Position numbers and translations under genes: made by a program
Assembly (NCBI GenBank): GCA_003971905.1
Contig: RSEE01000141.1
Span: 1-64,000 of the forward strand
Direction: 5' to 3'
From: Moniliella sp. 'wahieum'
Taxonomy: Eukaryota
DNA: 64,000 nt
In this document: piece after piece, positions 23,106 through 34,807 of the stretch
Layout of the letters: every line of letters starts with the position of its first letter
Numbering within the stretch: the stretch's first letter is position 1
The notes under the pieces: model-generated
What the model was told of the DNA's origin: nothing
The model's input: only the letters and a program-made list of their open reading frames with translations
Database searches by the model: none

Positions 23106-24647
23106 TTACTCCTGTGGCTCCCCCTCGTAGCCATTGGCTTCGTAAGCATCCTCAGCGGGCGCCAAGCCATCTTCCTCGGCGTACTCTTCCTCGTATCCCT
23201 CCTCAAGGAGCTCATCCTCGTCGATGCCAGCCTCTTGGTACTGCTGGTACTCCGACACAAGGTCCATGAGGTTGGACTCGGCCTCAGTAAACTCCATCTC
23301 GTCCATGCCTTCGGCGGTGTACCAGTGAAGGAAAGCGCGGCGACGGAACATGGCGGAAAACTGGGCTTGGGTCCGCTTGAACAGTTCTTGGACCGAGGTG
23401 GTGTTGCCAATAAACGTGGCGCTAACTGGTGAGTCGACCGGCGGCACGTCGCAGAGAGACGTGGTAATGTTTTGCGGGATCCAGTCGACAAAGCCAGAGG
23501 CGTTTTTCTGTTGTGCCTGGAACATTTCGTCCTCCACGTCTTTGCTCTTGATGGCCTCGCCCCGAAAGTTGGCACCAATGGTAAGGTACTTGCCCACTAA
23601 ACAGCAGAAACATTCATCAGAAACTCATTGAACAACCAAAAGGAGGAATACATACAGCGAGCGTCGACGGCAGCCATGGTATTGCCAGGAGCAAGGCCCT
23701 GTTGCACCAGCTCCGCCACCTTGAGGTTGGTGTACGCCTTGGAACCAAGCGAGACGAGAGGCGCATAGCCAACGGTGAAGAAGTGAAGACGAGGGAAGGG
23801 GACCATGTTGACAGCAAGCTTACGCAGGTCCGAGTTGAGCTGGCCTGGGAAACGCAATGTCGTTGACACACCCGACATGGCCTTGGCGATGACCTTGTTC
23901 AAGTCGGACGAGGTGGGGTCCTTGATGCGAAGCGTCTTCATGCAATGTCAAACAGCGCCTCATTGTCCAAACAAAAGGTGAGGTCCGAGTGTTCTACCAA
24001 CTGATGGAAACTGAGAGTTGCGTTGTACGGCTCCACCACCACCTCACTCACTTTGGGGCTCGGAAGGACCGACCAAGAGCTGAGGATGCGGTCGGGGAAC
24101 TCCTCGCGAAGCTTGGTGAGCAGGTTAGTACCCAAGCCCGCCGGTACCACCGCCCAGGGAGTGGAGCAGCTGGAAGCCTTGGAGGACATCAGCCTTCTCG
24201 GCCTCCTTGCGGGCCGCATCCATAACCGAGTCTATCAGCTCGGCACCTGGATGGGGAGCAGAAGACGGAGGAGTCAGGAGAAAGCAGGAGGGGGGGGGTT
24301 GAAAGGTGGGGCTAGACGAACCTTCGGTGTAGTAGCCCTTGGCAAAGCTGTTGCCAGCCCCCGAGCTTCCAAAAATTAACGAGTCGGGGCGGAAAAGCTT
24401 GGAGAGGGGTCCGTTGCGGACGACGTCGATGGTGCCGGGCTCAAGGTCAACAGTGATGTTGCGGGGGACGAAGCGATTGCTGTCGGCAACTCGTTGAAGA
24501 CGTCCACCTTGCCGAGCTGGCGGTCGTCAGAGCCAACGTAGGAGCCTTCATAGTCGGGCCGTGCTCGGCGGTGATGTTCTTCCAGAACTCGGTGCCGACC
24601 TGGGTGCCGGCCTGGCCGACGCTGAAGGTGATGATCTCGCGGCCCAT
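23106..24647 (-). CDS. Divergent beta-tubulin paralog (introns near 24323-24249 and 23656-23599)
   Basis: [78 protein letters not shown] and an acidic tail. Confidence 0.95.
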
Positions 24648-25003
24648 GGTGCTGGAGGAGGAGCAGGAGGAAACAACATCCGCGCGCCCCCCCACACCGC
24701 CCCGTCCCGGCACGGCGCCAGTCTCGCCAGCTGGGGGCGCAGTGTGTGGCGGCCGCGTGCGCTTTCAATTTCAAGTCCTCACGTGCATCGGCAGCCCCCC
24801 GGAGAAGACTCTCAGAATCGAATCTCGTATCTCAGCCAAGCAAAACTCCACCTCTCTCTCTCTCTCCGTCTGCTTCGCCTCCTCCATCTCCATCTCCTCC
24901 GTCTCCATCTCCATCCTCCTCCACCTCCTCCACCTCCTCCACCTCCCTCACCTACTTCTCCTCCATCTCCTCCTCCTTCATCTCCTCCCTCTCCACGCCC
25001 GCC

Positions 25004-27243
25004 ATGATCCGTCCGCCATGTCGGCCACCGCCATGTGCCTTCTGCCTGCTGCGGATCGCCCAGCCGCGTGTGCGTCCCCAGCTACTGCCCTCTCCCCTCC
25101 CTCCGCTCCTCCTATCCACCCCATCGCTTTCTGTCCTTCCCCGTCCCCTATCCACCACCTCCGCACTCCGCTGGGCATCCAGCAAGACTCATGATGCTCC
25201 AGATGGCGCCGCCGATCCCAGTTCCAGCACTGGCACCAGCACAAACACCGCCCCAACTCCGAACCAGGACCAGAATCGTCTCATGCCTCTGATGCCGGTC
25301 CCGCGCACCGCCCCGGCGCCCGTGCTCACTTTGGCCCCGCCTGGTGGGCACGGTTGGATCACTGCATTCCAAGACGGGCTCTTGCTCCGCTGCACGATCT
25401 TTGACCGCCATGGCACTGCTCGCATAGTTAGCGGCACATTTGACAAATCCGTCCTGTGTGCCGAAAATGGGCTGGAGATGCGCGACTTGCGCAAGATCGA
25501 CTCGCGTGTTCCTAACGTTGTGCCTACCATCCTTGCCCGCCGCGGAGCCTTTTTGGTAAACATGCTTCACATCCGCGCCCTCGTCAAGCATGATACTGTG
25601 CTTCTCTTTGATGGGTATGTCCTTCTGTTCTTTGCTCCTCTTGGAAACGAGTCGTGAATTGCTGACGGGTCGTTGAATGGAATGAAGGTATGGCGCCTCC
25701 AACAGTCAGCTCCACAGTTCATTTGTGTACAACCTCGAGCACAACCTCCGCCTGGCCAATGTCTCCCGCGTGCAAAAAGGTGACCAAAAGTGTCGCCCCT
25801 TCTGCCGGGGACGAAGAAACAGGCGCACTTCCTTATGAGTTTCGAGCTCTCGAGGCCATTCTGGCTAGTGTGCTCGAGGCACTGCACATTGAGCTGGAAG
25901 GATCCGTCAGCTCGTCTTTTCCCTTCTCGCCTCGCTCGATCATAACATTGATCGGGAAAAACTGCGTGCGCTTCTGGCCTACCGGCGGAAAGTGGGTGAT
26001 TTACTTTCCCGCTCCCGAGGCGTCAAGGGCGCTGTGGCCGAGGTGCTGGAGAGTGACGAGGACATGGCTCTCATGCACTTGACCGACGCAGCCCAGGGCC
26101 ATCCTCCCACGGCCCAGAGCTTGGCATGGCAGTATGACTCGCTCGAGCTGCTGCTCGAGTCTTTTGACAAACAATTGGAAGAAGTCATCAGCTACACGGA
26201 ACAAGCAATCTAACATTGGCGGTACCCAAGAGATTGTCGAGCTGATCCTCGATTCGAATCGCAATCAGTTGCTTGCTCTTGAGCTGCACGTGTCGATTGC
26301 CACCTTGGGCTTTACCGGTGGTGCGCTGATTGCTTCGTTCTTTGGTATGAACTTGCATACCGGCCTGGAAGAGAACCCGATTGCCTTCTCGGTAGTATGT
26401 GTGTCGGCACTTGTCGTGGTCGCCACCTTCTCTGCTGCGGGAATGCGGAGAATCAGCAACATCCAGCGCATCGGGCTTGGTCGAGCTCGGCGATCCCCAC
26501 TCCTGATGCCGGTGCTACGTTTGCAGCAGCCTGGTGCGGCCCCTTGGTCCCAGGGTCCCGTCGTCCCCCTGGCGGGGCTAGCCCGATTCCCACCGCTCCA
26601 AACCCCAGCCCATCAGCCAGCTCCTACATCTACCCCGGCCCGGATAGAATCGTCATTCTCCTCCCAGCTCCGCACTTTCTGGCCCGCAGTCACGCACCCC
26701 AATCCAGGACAGGGTGGTGGCACACTCTCCGCTCGCGCATGCCAACCGGTCGCTTCCCCCAACTCCAGTCCCAGTTCTCGCATGCCACCCCCCTCGTCCG
26801 CTAGGCCAATGGGCCCAGCTGGCATGACAAGCACGTCGCTTGGATCTGCTGGGTGGGCCTCTGGTCCTTCCCCGCTTGGCGGGGGTGCCCGTGGCCCCAC
26901 GCCGATGGCCCATGGCCCTGTGTTCGCTGGTGGATTGACGTCTGTCCCTGTACCTGCTCCCAAAGGTATACTGTCCAAATCAAAGCAATGGGTTAAGACG
27001 CTGATCTTTGGACCGGATCCAGTGCAAACGACGTACGCCCCGCCCGAAGGGCTGGACGCAGCATATGTGGCCGCATATGCGCCTGGACCGTTTGCCAGGC
27101 AAAATTGCTTTCCGGAGTACTCGGCCGACTTGATTGGTGCCGGCTACAGCTCAAACCGATGGGGCAGCTCGCGGGCGTCCAAGCGGGCCGCTGCGAATGA
27201 ACGTCAGCAACAGGACAAGCACGATCGCTACGAGAAGCACTGA
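25004..27243 (+). CDS. MRS2/LPE10-family mitochondrial CorA-type Mg2+ channel (intron near 25615-25688)
   Basis: RDLRKID, PTILAR, LPYEFRALEAIL, DEDMALMHLT, LELLLESF, ILDSNRNQL and the GMN motif in FFGMNL; Arg/Ser-rich N-terminal presequence. Confidence 0.9.
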
Positions 27244-27637
27244 AGCCGTGTTAATCCCCTCGCATTGTGTGTCAGCCTCTTCATTGACTAGGTGTAGGAT
27301 TCTGGCATATCCTCTGGGCCAGATTCTTGTTCATGCTTAGTACTTTGGCATACATGCCATGTATCTCACCGAGACTGCATCCGCGGTTCCTATGCACTAC
27401 TTCCCGCGTTGCGTTTACTTTAAGTTTTGCTTGAATTTAGTTACCACAGCCATATAGAAGAAACTTGGTCTCGCTTGCATCCTTCAATGCGTCATTGGCG
27501 TGTCATTACTCCGTAGCGTGTGCACGAACGGCATGTCCACCCCCTAACGCCACCCCGTCCTGCCTTCTCAAGCCTTGCCCCCTCGCCCGCCGCCGGCCGG
27601 CACCCGCGATTGTGCTTCGGTCCAATCGCCATATAGA

Positions 27638-27820
27638 AACAACTGTTCTCCGGCTGACATTTCATCACGACGCATCCTTCCACCCCTCGAAGGAGAACAA
27701 GAGGGAACAGGGGATGGCACCTGGGCCTGTTCTCTACAAAACGCTGCACGACACCCCGCCCAATTAACATGAAAAAGACGGCGATCAAGCGACGCAAACT
27801 ATACGCACTCCCAGACTAAC
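27638..27820 (+). pseudogene. Decayed GATA zinc-finger fragment (SreA/Urbs1-like basic tail)
   Basis: Frame-hopping reading NNC...STPRRRTRGN...GL.YKTLHDT.RPINMKKTAIKRRK resembles TPLWRR..GN..CNACGLY.KLH...RP..MKK..IKRRK. The CNAC cysteines are lost. Confidence 0.5.
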
Positions 27821-28152
27821 CACCAGTGCATACCCAACAGGCCGCCCTTGCTAAGGACGCTGCTGCTGCTGCCACCGCCACGCCCGCTCGAACCCATGCC
27901 GCAGATAGCGCACAGTCTCCTCCGCCACCCCCGGCACTCTCACCTACGCTTGTTCTTCTGGCCCAGTCTTATTCGCAGCAGCCGCATAAGTTTCCACGTG
28001 GTTTATGACGAGGACTTCCAAAAAATATATACCGGCGGCGCTAGTTTTCGCAACGGTCTCGTGGCTTGTGCATGCGGGCCAAAACGGGGTCTCTGCCTCA
28101 TTGGCATCCTCACGCGCGGCAACGTCGGTCGTATCCGGACCCAAAAAAGGAG

Positions 28153-28240
28153 TGCTTCAAAGGGGAATCGAACCCCTGTCACATCGATACGACACTGGCG
28201 TGTTGGCAACGATGTAGTAATACCACTAACCCATTGAAGC
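28153..28240 (-). tRNA. tRNA-Gly(GCC) with ~16-nt intron
   Basis: Reverse complement reads GCTTCAA..TAGTGGTA..CATCG TT GCC A [intron] T CGATG..GGGGTTCGATTCCCCT TTGAAGC A, followed by a T-run. Confidence 0.93.
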
Positions 28241-30841
28241 TTGATGACTGTCGGGTAGAAGAAAACTTCCCGGTCTGTGGGATATACACACTCAGCGAGA
28301 AGTTGATTCTATCCTCGGTGGGCCACAGACAACAGTGTGGCACCCAGGCTATGCTGGCAAAGAAGTCACCATCGACAAGTATCCAATCAATAGGAGTCAT
28401 AACGGGCCAAACAAGAGATGTGTCCTCTCTTCCCGTTTCAGTCTCTGGCAACGGGAAAAAGTCCCTCTCAGTTCACTCTTCCATTAATTATTGCTCTCTC
28501 TCGCGGGCTTTCCTGCCTAGGTCACACCCCGGGTTCCCACAGCTATCCAACGCGTGACATACGCACACGTTACCTGGAACCACACGCAACCAGCTCCACC
28601 TTCGGTATCATGAGACGCCACACCACGGGGCAATGCCCCCCACGGACAAATTCGCGTTGGCAGCACCAGAAGGGTTCACGAGCGTCGCTTACTTGGTCTA
28701 AATGTATGGACAGGAACAACTAACTAGAGGTGCCTTTTTGTGTCGATCGTGCGCTATCGATAACAAAGGATTGCGATCCCTATATATCATCTACATTCGA
28801 ACACACACTCGAGGCAAGTGGGGTGGGGTGGTAGTAAAGTAGCGTAAGTCCCCAAGGGGAAAAAGAGTTCGTGCATGGTATGTAGGTCGTAGACGTGCCA
28901 GAAGAGGGCAAGAGGAAAACTTAGAGCGCAAGCGCAAGCAAGCGAACGCATGCGGGAGCCGAGCCATGATCACATAAAGGGCCGCTGAAGAAGATGCCAT
29001 CATACGAGCAAGGGAGCAAGGGAACTGCCCATGCCCCAGGCCGAGCGGAGGAGCGGACACATGCTTGCGCACCAGTAGGCGCAGCAACCACGTACGTGGC
29101 ACACGCTGAGTGGCAGATGAGGCGCTTGCACGGACCCCCCGCGGAGGGGAGGGCGGGGGCGAGGCAAGGATGAGGGTCGCTGGCCGGCGCGCGGAGACGA
29201 CCCTGACATAGCAACGCTGGAGTCTTGCACCGAAAGGCCGAGGTGTAGTGATAAAGCATTCGCGACCCTCGGGTGGAAGAGTTGAGGGAGTAAGAGCGGG
29301 TGTGGGAGTAGGGCGAAGGGTCGAGCGTGGGGAAAGAGATAATTGCGGGGAAAGGGGGGCATGATGATCCGGGCGAGCGTGGGGAATCGGACAGGCCAGA
29401 TGGAAGGGCATAGGAGCCGTCCATGCTGACTGGCCGTCGGCGCTGGGGAAGAAGAGGGAGCAGGCGGGCCCCAGCCGAGGACACGCGACGCTGGCGAGCA
29501 GTAATGCTGTCGACGAGCTGGAGACGTTTGAGTTGGGTGCGGGGTTGCGGAGGCGAAGGGGCATGGACTGAGTGGCAAACGCATGCCAATCCGCGCAGCA
29601 TCGAGGCGCTCCTCTGACAGCGGAGAGGGGAGGGGCAGGCAGAACGAGGGGGCGTGAGGGGCGGGCAGGTGGAGGAAGACCCGGCCGACGCGGGCCGTCG
29701 TTGGGCAGTGTTGGGTCCAGGGGAAGGGGGGGGTCATGGCGGTGGCGAGGGCGATGGAGGAGGGAAAGCTGGAAGAGGAAGAGGAGGGGAGACAGCAGGG
29801 CTGGTGGCTGTCGGGGGGTCTTCTGTCGCGACTATTATTATGCGAATGCAGGCGCAAACGAAGGCTTTCGGGCCCAACCGCGCAGAAATGTGGTGCCTCA
29901 AGGTCAGGCCACCCGGACGCAGCAGGGGGGCAGTGTGCTTCCCGCATCCAGCGCGCACTTCCGATTCCGGCCGGGTGGCGGCCGGGAGGTTGGGGTTGCG
30001 ATGGAGGTCACCGCTGTCATCCATCCCGACCGCTCGGCATCTGGCGATGGCCGTCATAATCACTTCTGACCATCTGACTCCGACCGCGGCAAGCGCGGAA
30101 GACTCCGACGCATCCCACGACGCCAGAGGCTGAGAGAGAGCCACAGAGCCACAGAGCACGAGAAAAGTGAAAAGCCATTATACTGTGACGTATTCATGAC
30201 GATCATGTGTTCGTTCCCGCGGGGTATTATACACAGAGAGTAAGATACTAGTAGTAGTATAGGCGCTTCTGAATCGGCACTGCCTCGCGCTGCGACCGTG
30301 GCGCGCGCCAGCCCGACTTGAGGCCTGACGCCTGAGGCCTGAGGCCTGACACCGCTTGACTTGGGCCGCGAGAGCAGAAAGCAAGTGGGTGGCGAGGAGC
30401 TGTGCCTGTGCTCAGTTTTTGAGCGCGGGGGCGGAGAGGCGGATGGGCCCGGGTTGGAGGCATATATATCAACACATGCAGTGTGGCAAGTGACACGAGG
30501 ATGGTGTGGGGTAGTAGTGATCTCAGCCTGTGCATGAGACCGGAGGGACCGGAAGGAGCCCGGTTTCGGGTCGTCTTCCCAGCCAAGACCGACTGCTCCT
30601 CAAAAGCCCAACACTATTATACACAGCCATGGACAGCAAGATAATTGTGGGTCACATGTCGTCACAGCCCCATGCATCACGCGCATCACATTTTGCCATC
30701 CTCAGGGTCTTGGGCTGTGGTGGCCAAAAGGGGATGAAGCGGGTGGTGGTGCTATACGTCACAAGACATTTCTATTCGCACTTTAAGTGTGTGTCGCCTG
30801 CTGATTAGCGTGAGAAGATTATCTCCCTTCTGAATTCATAT

Positions 30842-31150
30842 CATTGACAGAGCTTAAGGCTGGGACAGGGGGAACGCTACGTCTAAACCGAACCGTTCAT
30901 CTTGCGGGGGTTACTTGGAAGCGCCACTAAGGTCAAGGAACCAGGGGGATCGCCAGGATATCAGGACCCTCCGGCTCTCGCCATCCGGTCCGTACCCTAG
31001 GAAGCGCGTGTGGACACGGATGAACGTGGTGACATCCGAGCGAGGAACCATTTCCACTGAGACTTAGTAGCCAACTCCTTCCAATGCGCAAACAACTGCC
31101 CGCGTCTTGGTGCCGTAGTATCCTCGCGTCGTCAGAACCAGGGGGAAAAA
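30842..31150 (-). mobile_element. Young 5'-truncated copy of the CRE-like retrotransposon
   Basis: Reverse complement is nearly identical to 17038-17349 (few substitutions or 1-bp indels) and ends at the same CTGTCAATG. Flanks ATATAA (5') and ATATGA (3') may be an imperfect TSD. Confidence 0.92.
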
Positions 31151-31909
31151 TCTTATATCGCAGACCCCCGTTTTACTTTACGTAAAATTACACAAGCATG
31201 CCACCTGGCACGTTTTCGTTTTCACCGGCGCGTTCCAGGCGGGCGCAGCCAGGCGGATGCACATGGGTGATAAAATCTCCGCCCGAGGCGTAGTGGTGAA
31301 TACTATTCCGCTCTCCAGCGTGGAACGGTGGACCGGTGGCTACGGTGGGGAAGGCGACCCGGTGACTAAGATGGCGACGGTGCACCAAGCATCAAGCTGG
31401 GGCGAAGCCCCAGCTGACCGGCCGTAGGCCCGGTGGTCTTCTAGTAGCTGTAATGGTGTTGTTGGCTGAGTCTCGGCAAGCTCAGCACTACAGTACTAGG
31501 ATTTCTGATGGATAAACAGACGATGACCTGCTTGCCAGAGGGCAGTGCTATAAGGTTCTCCTGCCCTCTCCCCAATGATCAATGATAAATGACGCTCGCT
31601 GGCTCGGATGATTCGTTCCGTGCGCACAGCGCAACCCCTTTGTCGTTCCGAATTACTTCCCTTTTGCTTTTGTCTCTTCCCTTCAGCTTGCTTGAAGGAC
31701 ATGAACTGACTACCCTCTGTCTTTTCGTACCTGGAAAGGTGTGCCTCTGCTTTCAGCGTTCTTGTCAGTTATTGCACTCCGCAATGGAGCTTTCATGAAG
31801 GACTTGTGTCTGACTTGCCCTATTGCCTTTTCGTACTCCTTCAAGCTCATCTTTCGTGCTGCCCATAGCGGTCCAGGCGTTCCCTACCCCACTGTAGAGT
31901 TGGAGGGGG

Positions 31910-32135
31910 GGGGAAGGGGAAGGGGAAGGGGAAGGGGAAGGGGAAGGGGAAGGGGAAGGGGAAGGGGAAGGGGAAGGGGAAGGGGAAGGGGAAGGGGAAG
32001 GGGAAGGGGAAGGGGAAGGGGAAGGGGAAGGGGAAGGGGAAGGGGAAGGGGAAGGGGAAGGGAAGGGGAAGGGGAAGGGGAAGGGGAAGGGGAAGGGGAA
32101 GGGGAAGGGGAAGGGGAAGGGGAAGGGGAAGGGGA
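31910..32135. repeat. (GGGGAA)n polypurine microsatellite, roughly 37 units
   Basis: Read directly; one unit near 32060 lacks a G. Confidence 0.98.
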
Positions 32136-32199
32136 GAGGGGTTGTTAAGCCTCTTACGTTGCACACACTGTCAAATAGGGTCGAGAAGATCAGCGCGAC

Positions 32200-32640
32200 A
32201 TCTGGGGTGGTGTCAGCAAGACCTATGTGCTTGTCTGAGCCGGCGCGGCCAACAAGCAGGGTGGAGCTCGGGCCATACAACCTCCGGGGTACTGGTTTTC
32301 TTGCCTACAAAGGAGCAAATTGGGAAACTGAGGGGGCAAGTCGATCTCAGTAGGCCAGCAGGCAAGCCCACCAACCATTCAGCTGTACCGTGTGCCGAGT
32401 GACTCGTATGTGAGCCGCTAGGAAATCAATAGAGACAATCGTGTGGTGCATAGCAGTAGCTCCCTTTGCGTCCTCGAGCGAGACTCCGACCCAAACCTGG
32501 ATCTTCCCTTTGTACTCTATGTGAAGTAACCATTGGGATGTAAGGTGCACACCTGAACCCCCGCGAAAAGGCACGATGCCATCACGTTTGGGATGAGTAA
32601 GAGATAATGGCTTCCAACACGGAGTCCCGGACATTGGCCA
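32200..32640 (-). pseudogene. Possible highly decayed CRE-type reverse transcriptase fragment
   Basis: One frame with stops: PKRDGIVPF...QVWVGV...IVSIDFLAAHIRVTRHT...FAP...RRLYGPSSTLLVG. This parallels EKASGGIRPI...QLGV...AMLDFTNAFNTVRRRT...YAP...RWIYGSPT.L.V of the intact element. Confidence 0.4.
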
Positions 32641-33008
32641 CGGTAACGTCGGTCATACCAGCCCCCTCCGCCCGTCTGGGGAATGACACGTGTATCGGAG
32701 AAAAGAATGGCCGCAACATCGAGCATACCTTCACAGTGGTGTTGGATGAGCATGTCCCTGGCCATCACCGGGGTTCTGCAGCAGTGGAAAAAGCGGATGT
32801 CGACATGTGGGAGGAGAGGGGGGATGGGGAGGTGGTGGTGGTGACCGCAGTGGTGGGCCGGCTGCTGCCAGTGGGGCTACTCGACTTTCGTTGGATCCAG
32901 AGCACCTGCGGAGCGGAGGCGTAGACATGCAATGCCAATTACGTAATACGCAGCGTGCTCGGCCTCCCCGTATTCTAACCTTCGCTGCCCATCTCGTATC
33001 TCACCGTC

Positions 33009-33846
33009 ATGGCCTGGCTCGACACGCCCGAGGGCGAAGGAGCGCTTTTCGCTGCCATCTCGCAGTTCCGCCCCGTCGGCATCCACAAACATGCGCACCT
33101 ACTCGCCGTGCTCAACCGGCTGCGCGGGCTGGCTGGTCCTGCGTCGTCGGAGCTCGAAGAGGCTGGTGCGGCAGCAGTGTGGGCCAAGCTGGAAGAGTAC
33201 TACGACCTAGCTGCGTTGGAGACGATTGAATCTCAGTCCACGGTACCTGATGCGCTGGTAACGCGATCCTTGGCTCCGAAATTGGCTCGACGCGCGCGTA
33301 GTCCGCCCCCTGCTCCACCGGTTGGACGCACACGTCGAGGTGCCGCCGCAGCGGCGGCGGCGACAGCTACGTGTCCCGCGTGCGATGCCCAGCCCACACC
33401 CGGATTTGACCTATGGTCTACCCCCAACTTGTGCCGCTTGTTGAAGCAGCTGGGAGGGCGAGTACGCCCGATGCAAGTGGGTCCGATACATCTACGCCCT
33501 CGCCTGCACGCAAGCGCCGTCGAACTTCTCGTCCGCCCCGAACGCGCAAACGGACGAGCAAGTCGCCTGCGCCGTCGGCCGGACGCTCTTCCGCTGCGCC
33601 CGAGAACTGAGGAGACGGAGGAAGCAGAGCAAGAGGCAGAGCAAGAGCAAGACCAAGAGGCAGACCAAGACCAAGACCAAGAACAAGAACAAGATCAAGA
33701 TCAAGAGGAGGAGCAAGAGGAGGAGGAGGAAACCTGAGGGGAACGAGGAGAAACCCAGTACGCGGGCTGCGACGCGTGCCCAGGCCCAGACCGGATCGAC
33801 AAGCGGTACGGGGAACAAGCCTCGTCGCAGCACGCGCAAAACTTAG
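33009..33846 (+). CDS. EAF7: NuA4 complex subunit Eaf7/MRGBP-like protein
   Basis: LFAAISQFRPVGIHKHAH...VWAKLEEYYDLAAL (Eaf7 domain), then a low-complexity acidic/basic tail ending PRRSTRKT* after frameshift correction. Confidence 0.8.
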
Positions 33847-34807
33847 ATTCGCGGGGGCGGTGGACGATGGATGGATTGGTGGCACGATGGAAGCACCATG
33901 ATGGAGTCACAGGTCACAGGGTAGGGCATCTAGACTTGGTCCGCGCAAGCTGTCACTACATACGGCACGAACTCTCTTGCCTGCTCCATGCACCGGGTTA
34001 GGGCCTGTCTTGACTGTACTCGGCTGGGGCCCCCAGTATGTCGGGCGGGAGCTAACGATTGAGCCTGCGGGTTATGCCGAAGTAGAGGAGGAAGGGGGTT
34101 ATCCTATAGGCTACGACCATTCATCGTCATCGTCATTATCCGTGCCCGCAGCTTCGACAAGAGGAATAGCAGCCGGGACGCTGAATGCGGGGCATGCGGT
34201 GTACGTCCTGAGGGTTTGAGGAGATGAGTTGTCCATTGCCCTACTAACAACTAGACGGGCGGGGAATGTCTTGAGCCAGAACATGGTGCAGAGGGCACTG
34301 AAAGCCCTCTCGCCCATAAAGGTGAGAGCGCGGGTACCATTCCGGCCACAGCATCTGTTTCTGCACTGTTGTGTGGTCAGGTGGACCTCCGGGCAGGTTA
34401 GCCGGGATATCGTAGGAGTGTTGACGATGCGGGTGGGCAGTATACAAAAGCAGCATGGCGGGCTACTTACCCCAGTGCGGTTGCCCTTCTACACCTCGGC
34501 CAACTCAGGGGGGTAGGTGCCACGACTGATGGACGAACCCGCAAAGTAAAGTAGAAAGTAATAGGATGTTCATTCATTTGTCATTTCCCTCTTCCCTTCT
34601 TTCTTCGGTCCTTCCGTCCCCGTATATGGGTCCTTCACGGCTGCCAGTGTACACGTGCACACAAACCAACTTCCCCCGCCTCTCTCGACGCAATAGGATT
34701 GCTCGTTTAAAGAGACGAATAATATACGGTTTTTCATGGTAGTGCCTCCCCCGGCACGCGACTCTGCCCACTTGGAGTGGGGTTGCATCAATTTTGGTCC
34801 TTCCTGG

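Noticed and set aside
28790..30160. Long overlapping ORFs in GC-rich DNA; candidate start gccaccgccATG at ~29738 (-)
   Set aside because: No recognisable domain. The ORFs are explainable by high GC, though a small lineage-specific gene cannot be excluded.
31741..32280. ORFs encoding (GR)n/(GE)n/(PF)n/(PS)n peptides
   Set aside because: Translations of the GGGGAA microsatellite, not genes.
34110..34480. RNase III-like shadow (RALTFMGERAFSALCT...FP) on the minus strand
   Set aside because: The signature ERLEFLGD is not preserved; single weak motif.
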